DNA of 64,000 nucleotides from an uncultured beta proteobacterium (GTDB lineage Bacteria; Pseudomonadota; Gammaproteobacteria; Burkholderiales; Burkholderiaceae_F): NCBI GenBank assembly GCA_963754065.1, contig CAVWFH010000008.1, positions 152,670 to 216,669 of the forward strand, read 5' to 3'. Shown piece by piece: positions 63,162 to 64,000 of this stretch (position 1 is its first letter; each line of letters starts with the position of its first letter). The notes under the pieces were generated by a model. It saw only the letters and a program-made list of their open reading frames with translations, ran no database searches and was not told where the DNA came from. The position numbers and the translations under genes were made by a program.

Positions 63162-64000
63162 CTACGCGGGACGGTCGGGCGTCGAGTGTGCATCCTGCAC
63201 GACGAGATGTACAAAGTGCAGCTTGGCGACGACCGGCCGCGACATCACGAACGGGTAGAAGTCCCGCTGCCCCATGCTGCGCGCCAGTTCGTTCAGCACC
63301 ATGGTCATCTCGATCCATCCGTTGAGGAAACCCAGGAAGCTCTCGGCGGCAGGATCGTCCGGCGCATACAGGTCGGCGCGTGTGAACGGATTGGCTTCGG
63401 CCTCGAGGTCCTCGGCGTCGAGCCCGAAGCTGAGCGCGGTGCCGAGGCTGTCGAGCACGTGCAGGTAGTGAGCCCACGACTCTGCCCAGTCCTCCCAGGG
63501 ATGTGTTGACGCATACGAGCTGATGTACCGACTCGCCCAGTCCGCCGGCGGTCCATTTTCGTAGTTCGTCTTCAAGGCCGCTGCGTAGTCGGCCCGTTCG
63601 TCGCCGAACAAGGCGCGGAAAGGCTCGAGCCACTTCGTATCCCACACCAGCCGATCCCAGTAGTAGTGACCGATCTCGTGCCGGAAGTGACCGAGCAGCG
63701 TTCGGTACGGTTCGCGCAAGTCGTGGCGGATTTTTTCGCGCTTGGCGTCGTCGGCCTCTTCGACGTTCAGCGTGACCAGGCCGCTGGCATGCCCGGTCAG
63801 CACGCGCGGCCCTTCGGCCGGGGAGCGCAGGAAGTCGAACATCACGCCGCGCTCCGGATCCTCGTCGACCTTCGACTTGACCGGCAGGCCGAGCGCCAGC
63901 AGCTGCGACACGAGCCGACGCTTGGCGCCCTCGATGGCGCCCCAATAGCGCTGGTTGTCGGCGTCGGTGAGATCGGGAATCGTCCGGTTCAGCCGACAGG
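63162..64000 (-). CDS. Zinc-binding metallopeptidase family protein; 5' end outside the window
   Basis: HEXXH in FRHEIGHYYWDRLV. My translation upstream of the track's start stays open to the window edge (RTIPDLTDADNQRYWGAIEGAKRRLVSQLL), so the gene is truncated by the window. Confidence 0.7.
   Translation of the reverse strand, partial: CRLNRTIPDLTDADNQRYWGAIEGAKRRLVSQLLALGLPVKSKVDEDPERGVMFDFLRSPAEGPRVLTGHASGLVTLNVEEADDAKREKIRHDLREPYRTLLGHFRHEIGHYYWDRLVWDTKWLEPFRALFGDERADYAAALKTNYENGPPADWASRYISSYASTHPWEDWAESWAHYLHVLDSLGTALSFGLDAEDLEAEANPFTRADLYAPDDPAAESFLGFLNGWIEMTMVLNELARSMGQRDFYPFVMSRPVVAKLHFVHLVVQDAHSTPDRPA

Overview
High-GC (roughly mid-60s %) chromosomal segment. Its gene order looks beta-proteobacterial: gltX-tRNA-Ala-tRNA-Glu, maf-rng, rlmH-rsfS-nadD-hemF, and a Bug/TctC binding protein. 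All calls come from motif recognition in the supplied translations and manual reading of the DNA; no searches were run.

Core content:
- RND efflux pair, dnaQ, an acyl-CoA synthetase, tRNA-Val.
- An FNR-type regulator, gltX, dnaE.
- An LPS-core/O-antigen cluster: two GT2, msbA, an AhpD-like gene, GT25, a WaaL-like ligase and two GT9 heptosyltransferases.
- rng, maf, rlmH, rsfS, nadD, hemF, an S9 peptidase, purD, yebC and a HerA-like DUF853 ATPase.

Four accessory stretches stand out:
1. 6.5-12.0 kb, directly after tRNA-Val: a three-gene cassette of a patatin phospholipase, a 1018-aa protein ending in a divergent CHAT/caspase-like domain, and a 4-nt-overlapping MBL-fold hydrolase.
2. 21.3-31.9 kb, the best candidate for an undescribed system. 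It combines three or four proteases (astacin-CHAT fusion, C25/gingipain-like, possible C39-like) with three signal-peptide-less envelope hydrolases (SGNH esterase, PGRP-type amidase, PG-binding GH19 muramidase) and a SLOG-like Rossmann protein. The layout suggests protease-effector pairs.
3. 33.7-37.2 kb, after tRNA-Glu: a lower-GC islet with a TIR-TM protein, a DUF2726 nuclease-fold protein and a PEP-CTERM protein.
4. A TIR-TM-TPR gene wedged after dnaE.

Other observations:
- A 352-bp composite palindrome (MITE/REP-like) lies between maf and rng.
- At least nine single-base frameshifts interrupt otherwise clear genes, including purD. This argues for sequence errors rather than true pseudogenes and limits any functional claim.
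- No CRISPR array, integrase, transposase or rRNA was seen.
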